From a virus, in IMG/VR virus record IMGVR_UViG_3300042090_000890, positions 33,915 to 97,914 of that record: a DNA stretch of 64,000 nt; one strand, written 5' to 3'. How positions within the stretch are numbered: position 1 is the stretch's first letter; each line of letters starts with the position of its first letter. Both the position numbers and the translations under genes were made by a program. Shown in pieces: positions 19,901 to 27,615 of the stretch. A model generated the notes under the pieces. That model did no database searches and was not told the DNA's origin. It was given only the letters and a program-made list of their open reading frames with translations.

Positions 19901-20584
19901 GTAAACAATTCCGAGGCTTCCGAGAAGGAACTTTCGCAGGACCCTAAACTTTGGTCGTTGTACCAGCATCTACTCCAACAAACGAACGGCATTTCGAATG
20001 GTTCGATCGGCATGCATCCGACTACCCCGCACATGGTTTCCTGGTCGCGCGTCGACACTGATCAGCAGACGAAAGGTAAGAACGCATGGGCGATCGAAGA
20101 GTACCAATCTGACTTTGCTCAGAAGTTCCGCCGCAACTTGAAAGCTCTGGCCAGCAAGTTCCCGTCCGGAACGAAGCTGAGCGGCCAGCATGTAACCGCC
20201 GAGGACATGAAAAAGTACGCGAAGACGATCGACAATCACCTTTCGGACTGGACGGAAGCATCCATGCAGGCGGTGATCGACAACGCGAAGGCGCAAGGCG
20301 TCACGCATTTGTACATGCACGGTGCCGAGATGCGCGGGTACATGTCGAACGGCGGGCGCTACAGCCGCGAGTTCTGGGATAATCCGAACACCAAACCGTT
20401 CACGGTTGGGTTCCGGAAGATTTACGGCGAAAATCCTGCAAAATTTGGCTTCAAGGAATGCGACTATACGGATTACCCGAAGCATAACAAGGACATGCTC
20501 AACAATTTGAAGAAAAACAAGCTGTCCACGAAGTGCTGGGTTCTTGAGCTGCAGCCTCCGGCGCCCAAGAAGAAAAAAGCCTAA
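13991..20584 (+). CDS. Very large (~2,200 aa) probable internal head/ejected protein with helical repeats and a C-terminal EExQSD domain
   Basis: Recurrent L-x-N/H-P-x-x-P/S helical repeats (LLRNPNAP, LKNPRLP, LLENPSIS, IMQHPNVS); C-terminal WSRVD...IEEYQSDF. Confidence 0.6.
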   Translation: MNDEKKLAPDVPADTLHAHVERHMALPEESQSDNDNEDFAAEVASHPNLAPHSIEKLYNHVMKPVSANSTTAATGEAEPMSNVIVGNLLRNPNAPQNIKQDFALKTFHPDNPSSDLHEELADSGILNEQQLKGMSEQVLKAGKEPHAYKHLGPNYYMKYFRGRSQQDPNELDEDGKEQHSREMELGEKGLVNSSRHTPETLDQTIDAFSASKHDPHGLIEKLVNNREDLSKDQLNKIHQWYDSNKNEKSNAYNDDYYHRQRIDSLLEHKNVDPALLAKYAVGKRVSTEALKNPRLPQESINGIIKRIKDPNEWDTRNRVESLLENPSISKDQVRALIQKGSNKAIKHPLADEAAVRDYWQKGSKDLDSSRDILQAKNLPPDVLKELVNHKNQEVAVKALNHPRADMDVVNEGLKRRAKTVQDAARLHPLVAEQQVKEGLKSGATSLANVYTDPKFEAQFDKLPKVDQEAIFNKAHEKYQGTNLAELAKKTKERSENVINSKMNLAMDERVPAAIREAHGKDIANMFEDQVPKNQMLVQRTTDVMSKNHPDDNSRLVTAISHLAINGNKDAQRAILNNPGYLSEVQSNLDLKDAEPDFLESVYRKRQENQANNVQLYDRVGHPELFDKSGHTLRRVFEAPNLPSNVFDEIARNGQQMDQIGAGDYFKRYNDLPEDQQNQKYEHILNSGSQKAAISVVRAKAPPASWDRAFNMLTPDNKQRLIKDEVDHVKSHRPDVFHNAVLGMYNDPADADRPGMSRYESYQAKAVSKLDPESPNDRSVLEQLISIPEAQPGHMPDEGLLDNIPEKMYSKPGDDSLIDHAAASGKGPLAYNMLARKMNTLSREAYVGSYESEDKKAAARQKAEDLVTYLHGRVASMPSFSDADTDNPTAENWYSLMTRQKQGYHDDRFMGALKKAGANLDFLADMPGKDGELVKRQALTDNLLSTQKLQEMSQANSVKDILAIGSPKLRQQSLDSWVVQGNHTPEDLEHLANKVDASVLNPESFEHGRRKSMGEEAVNVFNSRINNLIDLYRTKSPDSLTHVINNALQVSRSDDDLTQEDGRRIVKNILNHVNGAAYGSPEEKASTLLSTYMALKKREMAPANMGKQIERAAVEGKDYDTMIKLSDHKMLSEEGISSLMKAAAQPQTLNSRQIAGVSSMLTSNTPPSAVLDTAKAFENKTAQEVAEGKRPSPADRTKLMRNLFGTFSPSESGPEEVQKNEFLVNYMKKQALDPAVSRYANTHLANMSVQLAEAGDEDQGISLWEQLPNQLTDFDGNYPDIQGAIPSKMLNDPRFIEACGSGWKLSSLAINADRLTGANASTLTNRALAAEPYTVDHQQLFRNFENNEFVAPEDSVKLARSMPDDKFNSLTRELGQSMAGNLIYAAHARIRDVDALVKDPNLAAPNAPFMGAEHRNKILTNLDAYATAIKNADVEEETPNLKDKLGKVSEMIGTIHGHLKTIANHMRLQAPDQVDNIEFARDHAAMLTTLSKIATTNLQLDRDDALKVMDMVKEYHSVQQAAGKEPMPEKTYPATKGLVARAENFEEQDWREMFKADPHAIYALSDRATIPTEALNAAEITKIEKSRNKDENRAKTLFVKTSKDWFSKMSKEDVAHHGKDLLHLYIKLKNADEIFHNDYTYAMEEGMKYMGDSMSHKELTDLLQESGASDLRNSLFKTAVENGVGGVESLKAYAKEFHDQIFSGHSDIHDMEASNLKMKLEPITASPYIDEDLAGQVFDMYDRNKGAMHAAAVDLLANTSTPAKSVKKFTDTLLQNHKDGYKDINKRASANLASQIMQHPNVSEEDLGELFALSNEQFPKYFAPSGKFNPALTNPTYGGKLFRAMPLALPESQKMGPKGEGGTVDEGKCLRDINLQHKDYERMKSTMAMIPAEGMAWAEFKRKFPAEEKSLPPSVKAVFTSAQNKPVMPEQFAQAMRSLDDNSKKYHLTYSEWGSGLQRHNPPGRPNLVVQVNNSEASEKELSQDPKLWSLYQHLLQQTNGISNGSIGMHPTTPHMVSWSRVDTDQQTKGKNAWAIEEYQSDFAQKFRRNLKALASKFPSGTKLSGQHVTAEDMKKYAKTIDNHLSDWTEASMQAVIDNAKAQGVTHLYMHGAEMRGYMSNGGRYSREFWDNPNTKPFTVGFRKIYGENPAKFGFKECDYTDYPKHNKDMLNNLKKNKLSTKCWVLELQPPAPKKKKA

Positions 20585-20588
20585 CCTT
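20580..20588 (+). promoter_or_regulatory. Putative late promoter variant CCTAACCTT
   Basis: 1 mismatch; its TAA is the stop of the giant gene; next ATG is 7 nt downstream. Confidence 0.5.
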
Positions 20589-20595
20589 TCAGTCT

Positions 20596-21039
20596 ATGAA
20601 TATAGATATCGATTCCTTTTCAGCCGAAGTGACCCAAGAACTGGCCATGTCGCCGCTGGAAAAGGCTCTCCCGCCAAAGCTAAGGTATCGTTTTTACAAG
20701 TGGTTGAAGCAATATCGACATTTGCCAATGCAGCAAGCAAAACCGTCGATGGTCAACAAAACGATCCAGGCAGCTTTCGAGCACATGTCGGCCATCAAAG
20801 AGTTGAAAAAGAACGAATGCATGGTATCTGCTTTCGAAAACGGCGCGATCCGAATGGACTTCGGCGAAGAAGTCGACCCGAAGATTAAGAAAGCCGCAAT
20901 GCAGTGGGCCAAGAAAAAAGGGCTCAAGACGATCGAGGCTTCCATAGAAAAATCGGTCGCAGCTCCGTCATATGTGATCTGTGGACTGTCAGAACCGCCT
21001 AAAGGCGTCTGCGTCGATTACATCAAATACTCTCTCTAA
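20596..21039 (+). CDS. Hypothetical head-associated protein
   Basis: ORF containing LEKA, LKKN and IEKS motifs. Confidence 0.6.
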   Translation: MNIDIDSFSAEVTQELAMSPLEKALPPKLRYRFYKWLKQYRHLPMQQAKPSMVNKTIQAAFEHMSAIKELKKNECMVSAFENGAIRMDFGEEVDPKIKKAAMQWAKKKGLKTIEASIEKSVAAPSYVICGLSEPPKGVCVDYIKYSL

Positions 21040-21057
21040 AAATTTTTTAGTCAACCA

Positions 21058-21070
21058 AATCAATAAGTTA
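21058..21070 (+). promoter_or_regulatory. IHF-consensus site
   Basis: AATCAAtaagTTA matches WATCAANNNNTTR, with an upstream A/T tract. Confidence 0.45.
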
Positions 21071-21093
21071 ACCATTTTGGTCAACTATTGGTA

Positions 21094-21102
21094 CCTAATC
21101 GT
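21094..21102 (+). promoter_or_regulatory. Putative late promoter variant CCTAATCGT
   Basis: 1 mismatch; upstream of the scaffold/capsid operon. Confidence 0.55.
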
Positions 21103-21147
21103 ATGGTCTGTAGAACGAACGTTCAATCCTTAATAGGAGGATAAGAT

Positions 21148-21639
21148 ATGAGTGCTTTCACCGCCCAGGCAAAAGTCAGAGAACTGACGCAGCGACTTCA
21201 GTTGCTGATGCCGACTGCTACGATTACGCAGGCGCTTGACGCCAATGGTTATCCGGCAATCAACGTGGCCTACAACACGGCTGTTGCCCAGACCAAAGTT
21301 CTGCAAGATCCCGCCCAGTCCGCAACCGATCCGATGATCGGCGGCGTTCCCGGTCCGGCATATCGCGTGAACGGCCTCGGTCTTGCTCAGACTGCTTACA
21401 GCCCGCACGTCATCGAATTGCTGCAAGACAGCGATCAGACCGACGCGGACAGTCAGTCGTTGAAAGCTCGATTGCATCAAGCTCTCGGAAAGATGGGACT
21501 CAAGATTTTCATCAGTCAAGCTACGCAAGCTACGATTTTGGCGGCTCCAATCGCCTCTTTCGATGCTACTTTCGCAGCTGCGACTCCGTTGATCTCGATT
21601 CCGTCCGACGAAATCAATCCTCTTATCCAGAGTTCGTAA
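21148..21639 (+). CDS. Hypothetical structural protein
   Basis: Strong SD AGGAGG; first gene of the capsid operon. Confidence 0.6.
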   Translation: MSAFTAQAKVRELTQRLQLLMPTATITQALDANGYPAINVAYNTAVAQTKVLQDPAQSATDPMIGGVPGPAYRVNGLGLAQTAYSPHVIELLQDSDQTDADSQSLKARLHQALGKMGLKIFISQATQATILAAPIASFDATFAAATPLISIPSDEINPLIQSS

Positions 21640-21670
21640 TAGGGCTCTAACTAAGAAAGGGAATTGGAAC

Positions 21671-22516
21671 ATGAATAAGCCAAAATGGACTGACCAAGAC
21701 GTACAGAGCATCCTTGACAGCGTTGAAGAAACGATTGCCAAGGCCGAAGCTCTTGCGAAGGCAGATCCGGCTGATCCAGATCCGAAGGACGATAAAAATG
21801 CGCCTCCGGATCAGTCAGCTGCACCGGCTTCTTCTGACGCGCCGCCTTCCGGCGACGCTCCTCCTGCAGATGGTTCGGCAGACGGCTCTCAGCCGCCTCC
21901 GGACGGTTCGCAACCTCCGATGGACGGCTCTCAGCCGCCCGCAGAAGGCCAAGAACAACAACTTGCAGCCGAAGGACAACCTGGTGAAGACCAGCCCCTG
22001 TCTGACGAAGAGCTGGCTCAGATTTACGGATCGATGCCGCCCGACGAACTTGAGAGACATTACTCGATCATCCGACAGCAGCTCCAAGCTGCCTACAGCC
22101 AAGATCAAGGTGCCGCTCCTGCTGCTCCTGAGTCTGCTGCTCCTCCCGCTCCTGCTGCACCGGCACCGCAAGGTCCGCCGCAAGAGATGGGCAAGTCGGA
22201 GAAAGATGTGATCGCTGCTCTCGAAAAGCGCGTGGCACAAGCCGAAGAAGCCAATCAAATGGTTGTGAAGGCTTTCGAAGCCCTCGCAAAACCGGCCCGC
22301 AAGTCGATTACCGAGATTCAGGTCATGAACAAGACCGAAATCGATAACTCGCAGCAAACCGGCCCGATGACGGTCGAGCAAGTCAAAGAGAAAGCCCGCA
22401 AGCTCTCTCCGGCCAAGCTCGAAAAGTCGGAACGTGACCTGATAAACCGCCTCTTCATCTCAGGTGAAGGTGCAGAAGAAGTTGAACGAATTATCCACTC
22501 TAAGGGAGGGAAATAA
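21671..22516 (+). CDS. Capsid scaffolding protein (putative)
   Basis: Pro/Ala/Asp/Gln low complexity plus coiled coil; LAKA, MGKS and LEKS sites; directly upstream of MCP. Confidence 0.65.
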   Translation: MNKPKWTDQDVQSILDSVEETIAKAEALAKADPADPDPKDDKNAPPDQSAAPASSDAPPSGDAPPADGSADGSQPPPDGSQPPMDGSQPPAEGQEQQLAAEGQPGEDQPLSDEELAQIYGSMPPDELERHYSIIRQQLQAAYSQDQGAAPAAPESAAPPAPAAPAPQGPPQEMGKSEKDVIAALEKRVAQAEEANQMVVKAFEALAKPARKSITEIQVMNKTEIDNSQQTGPMTVEQVKEKARKLSPAKLEKSERDLINRLFISGEGAEEVERIIHSKGGK

Positions 22517-22518
22517 TA

Positions 22519-23910
22519 ATGGACGATCTAGTCAAGACTCTTGAGAGTCTCGTGAAAACCTTGGAGGCCGGTAACTACAACGTAGCGCCGTCGCAGTTGG
22601 TCCAAGGATCAGCACTCCAGATCGAAAACCTTGAGCCTGTGATGCACAATGTGACGTTTGACGACAGTCACATCAAGCTTCAGAAGCTCTTCTCGGTGAA
22701 GAAAGCCAAGTCATTGCTTGTGCAGTTCAACCGCCAGCTGTCTTATGGACGGTTCGGTGGAACAGCGCAGCGTGAAGGCGCGGTTGGCGACTTGAACGTC
22801 GGCGACTATATCCGGGCTACGGTTCCGATGTGTTTCTACTCTTGTGTTGAGCGCGTAACGATCGCGGCCAACATGGTTGAGACCATCGACGGCAAGAAAG
22901 CCGAAGACCGTGAGGCAGATAACGCCGCAATCAAATTGTCGGCGGACATCGAGTTCGACTCTTTCAAAGGAAAAGCCGATTTCTCGAACAACGGCGTTTT
23001 CGACGGCAACCCGGCCCTCATGCCGGAACTTCCGAGCATGCTCGGTCTCGACTCGCAAGTTCGCATGTCAGACATCCTCGTTTCGACGCAGGATCTGATG
23101 TTCGCATCTTACGGATCGAACAAGTCGGTCGTTCTCTCGCAGAACGGTTCGCTTGATCAGCCGATCATCGAATCCGCAGCTCTCCGCAGCCGCATGAACA
23201 TGGGTAAAGCAGAAACCATGTTCGTTGACCCGGTCATTCTGTCCGGTTACAACACCTCGGTCGCTCTCGGTACGGGCGTGAACTCGATCCAACGGATCGT
23301 GCTCGCAGGCTCCGCACAAGACGCTACCGGTGCTGACCTTCGCAGACAGTGGGTCTCGAACGGAACAGTCGGTCTCGAAGACTCGCGCTTCTTGTCCGGC
23401 AAAACCTCGCCTCTTCGCGCAATGATCGGCAGCCCGCTCCCGCCCGCAACTGCGGTCGGCACGCCCTCCGGCTCCGGCGCTCTCATCCCCGCTGGCACGT
23501 ATGTGTACGGTGTGACGGCTGAGAACGAACGCGGTGAAGGCGTCGAGATGTTCTCGGCATCTGTTGTGGTCGCAGCTGGCCAGCAAGTGGCTCTCGTGAT
23601 CGCAGGCGTTGCAGGCGCTTCGCTCTACAACGTGTATCGCGGCACTTCGGCCTCGAACGCTTACTACATCGGTCGCATCGCTGCGAACGGTTCCGCAAGC
23701 GTGACCTTCACCGATCTCGGCAACAAGTCGCCGGGCTTCGTGACCGGTTACCTCGTCCAGAAGGACACTTGGGGATTCCACGAGTTGGCTCCGTACTCAC
23801 GTATGAAGCTCGCAATCGCGGACTTGAGCGTTCCGGAAGCGCACTTCCGCTTCCTGACTCTCGCAGGCTACCAGCCTCGCAAGAACGTCATCGTCGACAA
23901 CTTGTTCTAA
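22519..23910 (+). CDS. Major capsid protein (SPO1/Twort-like, with inserted Ig/FN3-like domain)
   Basis: N-terminal KTLEAGNYNVAPSQLVQGSALQIENLE, RQLSYG, GTYVYGVTAENERGE...YNVYRG, C-terminal PRKNVIVDN. Confidence 0.88.
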   Translation: MDDLVKTLESLVKTLEAGNYNVAPSQLVQGSALQIENLEPVMHNVTFDDSHIKLQKLFSVKKAKSLLVQFNRQLSYGRFGGTAQREGAVGDLNVGDYIRATVPMCFYSCVERVTIAANMVETIDGKKAEDREADNAAIKLSADIEFDSFKGKADFSNNGVFDGNPALMPELPSMLGLDSQVRMSDILVSTQDLMFASYGSNKSVVLSQNGSLDQPIIESAALRSRMNMGKAETMFVDPVILSGYNTSVALGTGVNSIQRIVLAGSAQDATGADLRRQWVSNGTVGLEDSRFLSGKTSPLRAMIGSPLPPATAVGTPSGSGALIPAGTYVYGVTAENERGEGVEMFSASVVVAAGQQVALVIAGVAGASLYNVYRGTSASNAYYIGRIAANGSASVTFTDLGNKSPGFVTGYLVQKDTWGFHELAPYSRMKLAIADLSVPEAHFRFLTLAGYQPRKNVIVDNLF

Positions 23911-23935
23911 TAGAGCAAGGTAAAAGAAAGAATTC

Positions 23936-23965
23936 GAAAAGACCCGGCCAAAAGCCGGGTTTTTC
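23936..23965. terminator. Bidirectional intrinsic terminator
   Basis: acccggc-caaaa-gccgggt stem flanked by A and T tracts, between convergent genes. Confidence 0.8.
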
Positions 23966-23968
23966 ATT

Positions 23969-24265
23969 TTAAGCGGCTTTTCGTGATACGACGCGACGCG
24001 CCTTAAAGTCCACTACAATCAGTTCGCCGGTTTTCGACGGAACGGTGATGTCGAACGAGTGGTCGCGGATCACGAACCACCGCTTACCGCCGACCACACC
24101 GACGAATGAACATCGGAAGCCGGAAAACCCCGGCGCGATCTTCCGGACCTGCCGGATAAGTTCGTTGTTCTCGCGGGTCACTTCGATCTTGTGGGATTTT
24201 ATGCCGTACAGCATCATCTCCTCGACGATTAGATACGCCTCGTCGATAGCAGTATTGAGCATCAT
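23969..24265 (-). CDS. Hypothetical protein
   Basis: GGAGG SD; overlaps upstream gene stop. Confidence 0.6.
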   Translation of the reverse strand: MMLNTAIDEAYLIVEEMMLYGIKSHKIEVTRENNELIRQVRKIAPGFSGFRCSFVGVVGGKRWFVIRDHSFDITVPSKTGELIVVDFKARRVVSRKAA

Positions 24266-25059
24266 GCGGCCTCCTTCAATTTTTCTTGATCTTGTTTCTT
24301 GCGCGCCTTCTCAGCTTCTTTGCCCAGGTATATTAGGTACCTAGTTTTACACCAATCTTCCAGATCGTCCAGTATCAAGCTGCGCTTACCGGCGACAATG
24401 AAGTACATGCTGCCAAGGCAAATTGCCGTAAAGCGGGCCTTTTCCCATTTCGTTTCTCGCAAAAAGAAGCCTCGCTTCAAGTCTTCGAACGTCTTTTTCA
24501 AGTGTTGGCGTTTTAGAGCCATCTTGCGCTGAAAAACTATACGCTTTGCCCAACGCGGCACCTCTGGCGGCTTAGGGTCCATGGCGGCTTGGACACCGGC
24601 CCATGCCAGCACGTTGCGCCACGATTGTACAGAGTAGAATGTCCCGGTTCGCGGGCAGACGATCGGCGCCTTCTCGTGCGGGTACCATCTCCTCTGACCG
24701 TCGACTGTGAATGTTTCGAGGGCTTCGTGGACCTGCATTTCGGTGTGGATCTGACAGATCAACCGCTCAAAGAATCCTTCCGGGCATACAGGATACACGT
24801 CTTCGTAGTCGAATGCCGCACGGTGGTATACCGATATCGGCTCGCCGAACTCGGTGAAGCTGTGGAATTTATTGCCGAACTGGTCCCGCCAGTCGTGGCG
24901 CGACCCTTCCGGGTCGGTGTTTGGCACCCGCCAGGTCAAAGTCAGGATGTGTTTACCCCATCCGTTTTCGTGCAGTTCGATGTTTATACCGTACTTCTCT
25001 TTGCCAGGGAATTGACATCGATCCCACGCCCGCCTCATGTCCTCGAATATATTTCTCAT
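24262..25059 (-). CDS. Hypothetical protein
   Basis: 265-aa ORF with SD and upstream sigma70-type promoter. Confidence 0.65.
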   Translation of the reverse strand: MRNIFEDMRRAWDRCQFPGKEKYGINIELHENGWGKHILTLTWRVPNTDPEGSRHDWRDQFGNKFHSFTEFGEPISVYHRAAFDYEDVYPVCPEGFFERLICQIHTEMQVHEALETFTVDGQRRWYPHEKAPIVCPRTGTFYSVQSWRNVLAWAGVQAAMDPKPPEVPRWAKRIVFQRKMALKRQHLKKTFEDLKRGFFLRETKWEKARFTAICLGSMYFIVAGKRSLILDDLEDWCKTRYLIYLGKEAEKARKKQDQEKLKEAA

Positions 25060-25076
25060 GGCACTCTCCAGTGTCC

Positions 25077-25105
25077 ATTATCTGATAGTCCACTGAAATG
25101 GTCAA
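25077..25105 (-). promoter_or_regulatory. Sigma70-type early promoter
   Basis: TTGACC-N17-GATAAT on the minus strand. Confidence 0.65.
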
Positions 25106-25163
25106 CTATAAAATGGTAGCCAAAAACGGTTTCTGACGTATAATGAGTCGTACAGGAGGCCAA

Positions 25164-25472
25164 ATGAGCTATATTTCAAAGAAAGAAAAGAAACGTGTCT
25201 CAAAGCTGATCACCAACAAATTATTGGCGATGGGCGTCAAGGACGAGTTGACGATGGTCGGGTCAGGGAAGACTCGCCAATTTTATCGGAAAGACGATAA
25301 AGGCAATCTGATCACCGAGAAAGGTAAGGACGGCAAGGCTGTACCGAAGCTCTTCGACGTGGAAATGCCGATTGCAATGAACGTCCTCCGCCGGACCGTC
25401 CGCGAGCTGCGGAACCAGCCGGTGGAAGTCATCAACGCTTTTCTGAATATGCAGACCGGCCCGCAGGAGTAG
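25164..25472 (+). CDS. Hypothetical basic protein
   Basis: AGGAGG SD before ATG 25164; TATAAT upstream. Confidence 0.6.
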   Translation: MSYISKKEKKRVSKLITNKLLAMGVKDELTMVGSGKTRQFYRKDDKGNLITEKGKDGKAVPKLFDVEMPIAMNVLRRTVRELRNQPVEVINAFLNMQTGPQE

Positions 25473-25473
25473 A

Positions 25474-26064
25474 ATGGCTAAGTGGAAGGAAATCGAAATC
25501 AAATGGAACGCGCGGCGAGTGCGTCGCGCTGATTTCAACAAGGCATTGAGAGCACACCTTCGCGGCAAGAAGTGGAAGCTGGTCTCGATCGCTGGTTTCG
25601 ACTATTACCATATCAACGGCCCGTTCGTGCTCAGGCACCGGCATGGTGCGTCAACTAACGAGCTGACAGTCAAAGCCCGTACCTCAAATCAGTCGACTAC
25701 CGTCCGGAAAGAAGTGAACGTCAAGTTGCCGCCAGACGCGTCGCCTATGCTCGTCCGCGAGATGATGGTCGAACTCGGCTTCAGTAAGATCCTGCCGATC
25801 TACAAGGACTGCGACATCTACTTCGTGAAAGACGGCAAGTACATAGTCGACATCGTGTGGTACCGCGCATCATGCAACGGCGAGCGCCGCATGGACCTGA
25901 TCGAGGTAGAGATCCACAATGCCCCGATTAAAACATCGATCGAAATGCTGAACAAATGGAAGAAATTCCTTTCAGAGAACTTCGGCTTGACCGACTCCGA
26001 TATCATCAACGATTCCCTATATGAAATCTACTCTGGCAAACGCTACAGGATGAGCAAATCATGA
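25474..26064 (+). CDS. CYTH-domain (triphosphate tunnel metalloenzyme) protein
   Basis: N-terminal EIEIK (ExExK), DYY, LRHR, ELTVK, RKEV, IEVE. Confidence 0.75.
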   Translation: MAKWKEIEIKWNARRVRRADFNKALRAHLRGKKWKLVSIAGFDYYHINGPFVLRHRHGASTNELTVKARTSNQSTTVRKEVNVKLPPDASPMLVREMMVELGFSKILPIYKDCDIYFVKDGKYIVDIVWYRASCNGERRMDLIEVEIHNAPIKTSIEMLNKWKKFLSENFGLTDSDIINDSLYEIYSGKRYRMSKS

Positions 26065-26300
26065 CGCAAGAAGAAGCCGTTCAACGATTGACCGACGTCA
26101 TGTTACCTCTGATCGAAAACCGCACCCGCGATGAAGGCGAATTCGAAGGTCTTTTCGCGGCAGCGGCGGACAAATTGACCAAAGAAGAGCTGTCTGCTAT
26201 ACTGTGTTTCGTGATAGCCGACTACGAGATTTTCTTCGACGTGTTCGAAAAGGCGGCGGAGAACTCGATACTTAAAGGCTTGAGGAGTCGCAGTGCTTAA
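26061..26300 (+). CDS. Hypothetical protein
   Basis: Translationally coupled ORF. Confidence 0.55.
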   Translation: MTQEEAVQRLTDVMLPLIENRTRDEGEFEGLFAAAADKLTKEELSAILCFVIADYEIFFDVFEKAAENSILKGLRSRSA

Positions 26301-26757
26301 CATGCAAGTTACCTTGCAGCCGAGAATAGAGTCAGATTACACAGGTTTATCCGCACACATGCTCGATCGCATGTCTCCGTACGCGATCTTCGCTTCCAAC
26401 AGAATGAAAAGCCAGACGGCCAATGCCTACCTCGCGTACATGGACTTCATCATGGAAGACCTGATCCGGCAAGACGAAAAGGCGCCGGTCATGAACACAT
26501 TCGAAATGATGTTTCGCATCGAAAGCGCTTCAAGGCGGCTCCCAAAGAGAGAGTACGGGGTCAAAGACACGTTCAGCGGCAGGATGCGAGCGGACATCGA
26601 AGCGAGACGCTTCGCTTTGGAACACACGTTCGATCTGGCCATCTCCTACCGACGTTTTGAAGGATGCGTGCCGTTCTCGCACGACGAGGAAACGTTGAAA
26701 AGATTCCGCAATCAGACGATTGTGTCTCATCTTAAGTCACTATCCGAGAATCTTTGA
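26293..26757 (+). CDS. Hypothetical protein
   Basis: GAGGAG SD; coupled ORF. Confidence 0.5.
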   Translation: MLNMQVTLQPRIESDYTGLSAHMLDRMSPYAIFASNRMKSQTANAYLAYMDFIMEDLIRQDEKAPVMNTFEMMFRIESASRRLPKREYGVKDTFSGRMRADIEARRFALEHTFDLAISYRRFEGCVPFSHDEETLKRFRNQTIVSHLKSLSENL

Positions 26758-26801
26758 CACCTGACCATAAGTTCGATATACTGATTCAAATGGAGGAACT
26801 T

Positions 26802-27095
26802 ATGAACACAATTTTTCAAATCGCAGTGATCGTGATCGCGGGTTATGTCGCAATCGAAATCGCCACGGCCATCTACATCTACCGGAACCGTAGGACTTTG
26901 GTCCCGCGAATACGCAGTCTTCTGCGCAGCATCCTCGGCTTGGATGTCGATCGCGTTGCAGTCGATAGCGCTCTGGACGTATTGCATCGCAAGGTCAATT
27001 ACATCGGTCGTCACACCCAGTTCGAGCGCCAGCAGCTGCGTCAGATGGGCATCTTGAAAGATGATAACGTTTTGCCCTTGCGCAGACAACAGTAA
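26802..27095 (+). CDS. Hypothetical membrane protein
   Basis: GGAGG SD; N-terminal hydrophobic helix. Confidence 0.55.
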   Translation: MNTIFQIAVIVIAGYVAIEIATAIYIYRNRRTLVPRIRSLLRSILGLDVDRVAVDSALDVLHRKVNYIGRHTQFERQQLRQMGILKDDNVLPLRRQQ

Positions 27096-27123
27096 GCTGG
27101 TATCTTTCCTCTACGGAGGCAGA

Positions 27124-27615
27124 ATGTCCAAAGTCGTTGATAATGTGATCGGAGGCGTCCTAGTGGTTGTGGCACTAGGACTCATTTTTTCGATGCAGCT
27201 TGATCTAGTCAATCGAGGTGCGTATTCGGCACCGACTCCGTCTGCAACGCCTACCATTTCACAAGTGGAACAAGTTCTGTTGGACGCGATGCACCACACG
27301 ACGGATGCTGAAGCAATCATCGCTGGATGCTCTTCCGCTGCCTTACGCGACGATCGCCTCGCAGCGGGACAACTACGCACCAACGGTCAGCTGTGCGTTC
27401 ATCTGACCGGCACGTTACAGCTTAAAACGTATCTTGGTTTGAATGGTACATGTCAGACCAAGGATTACCAATGCATGTTTGCGTCCGGCGTGGCATTTGT
27501 GTTGGTGTACACGCGCAACGTGCCGCAGAACGCCGAAGAGATGAAGGCCTTGGAAGGCCAGATCGATTTTGATTACAAAAGTTGGCTTGAAAACAGAAAA
27601 CGAAAGGATCAATAA
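27124..27615 (+). CDS. Hypothetical membrane-anchored protein
   Basis: GGAGG SD; VIGGVLVVVALGLIF segment. Confidence 0.55.
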   Translation: MSKVVDNVIGGVLVVVALGLIFSMQLDLVNRGAYSAPTPSATPTISQVEQVLLDAMHHTTDAEAIIAGCSSAALRDDRLAAGQLRTNGQLCVHLTGTLQLKTYLGLNGTCQTKDYQCMFASGVAFVLVYTRNVPQNAEEMKALEGQIDFDYKSWLENRKRKDQ

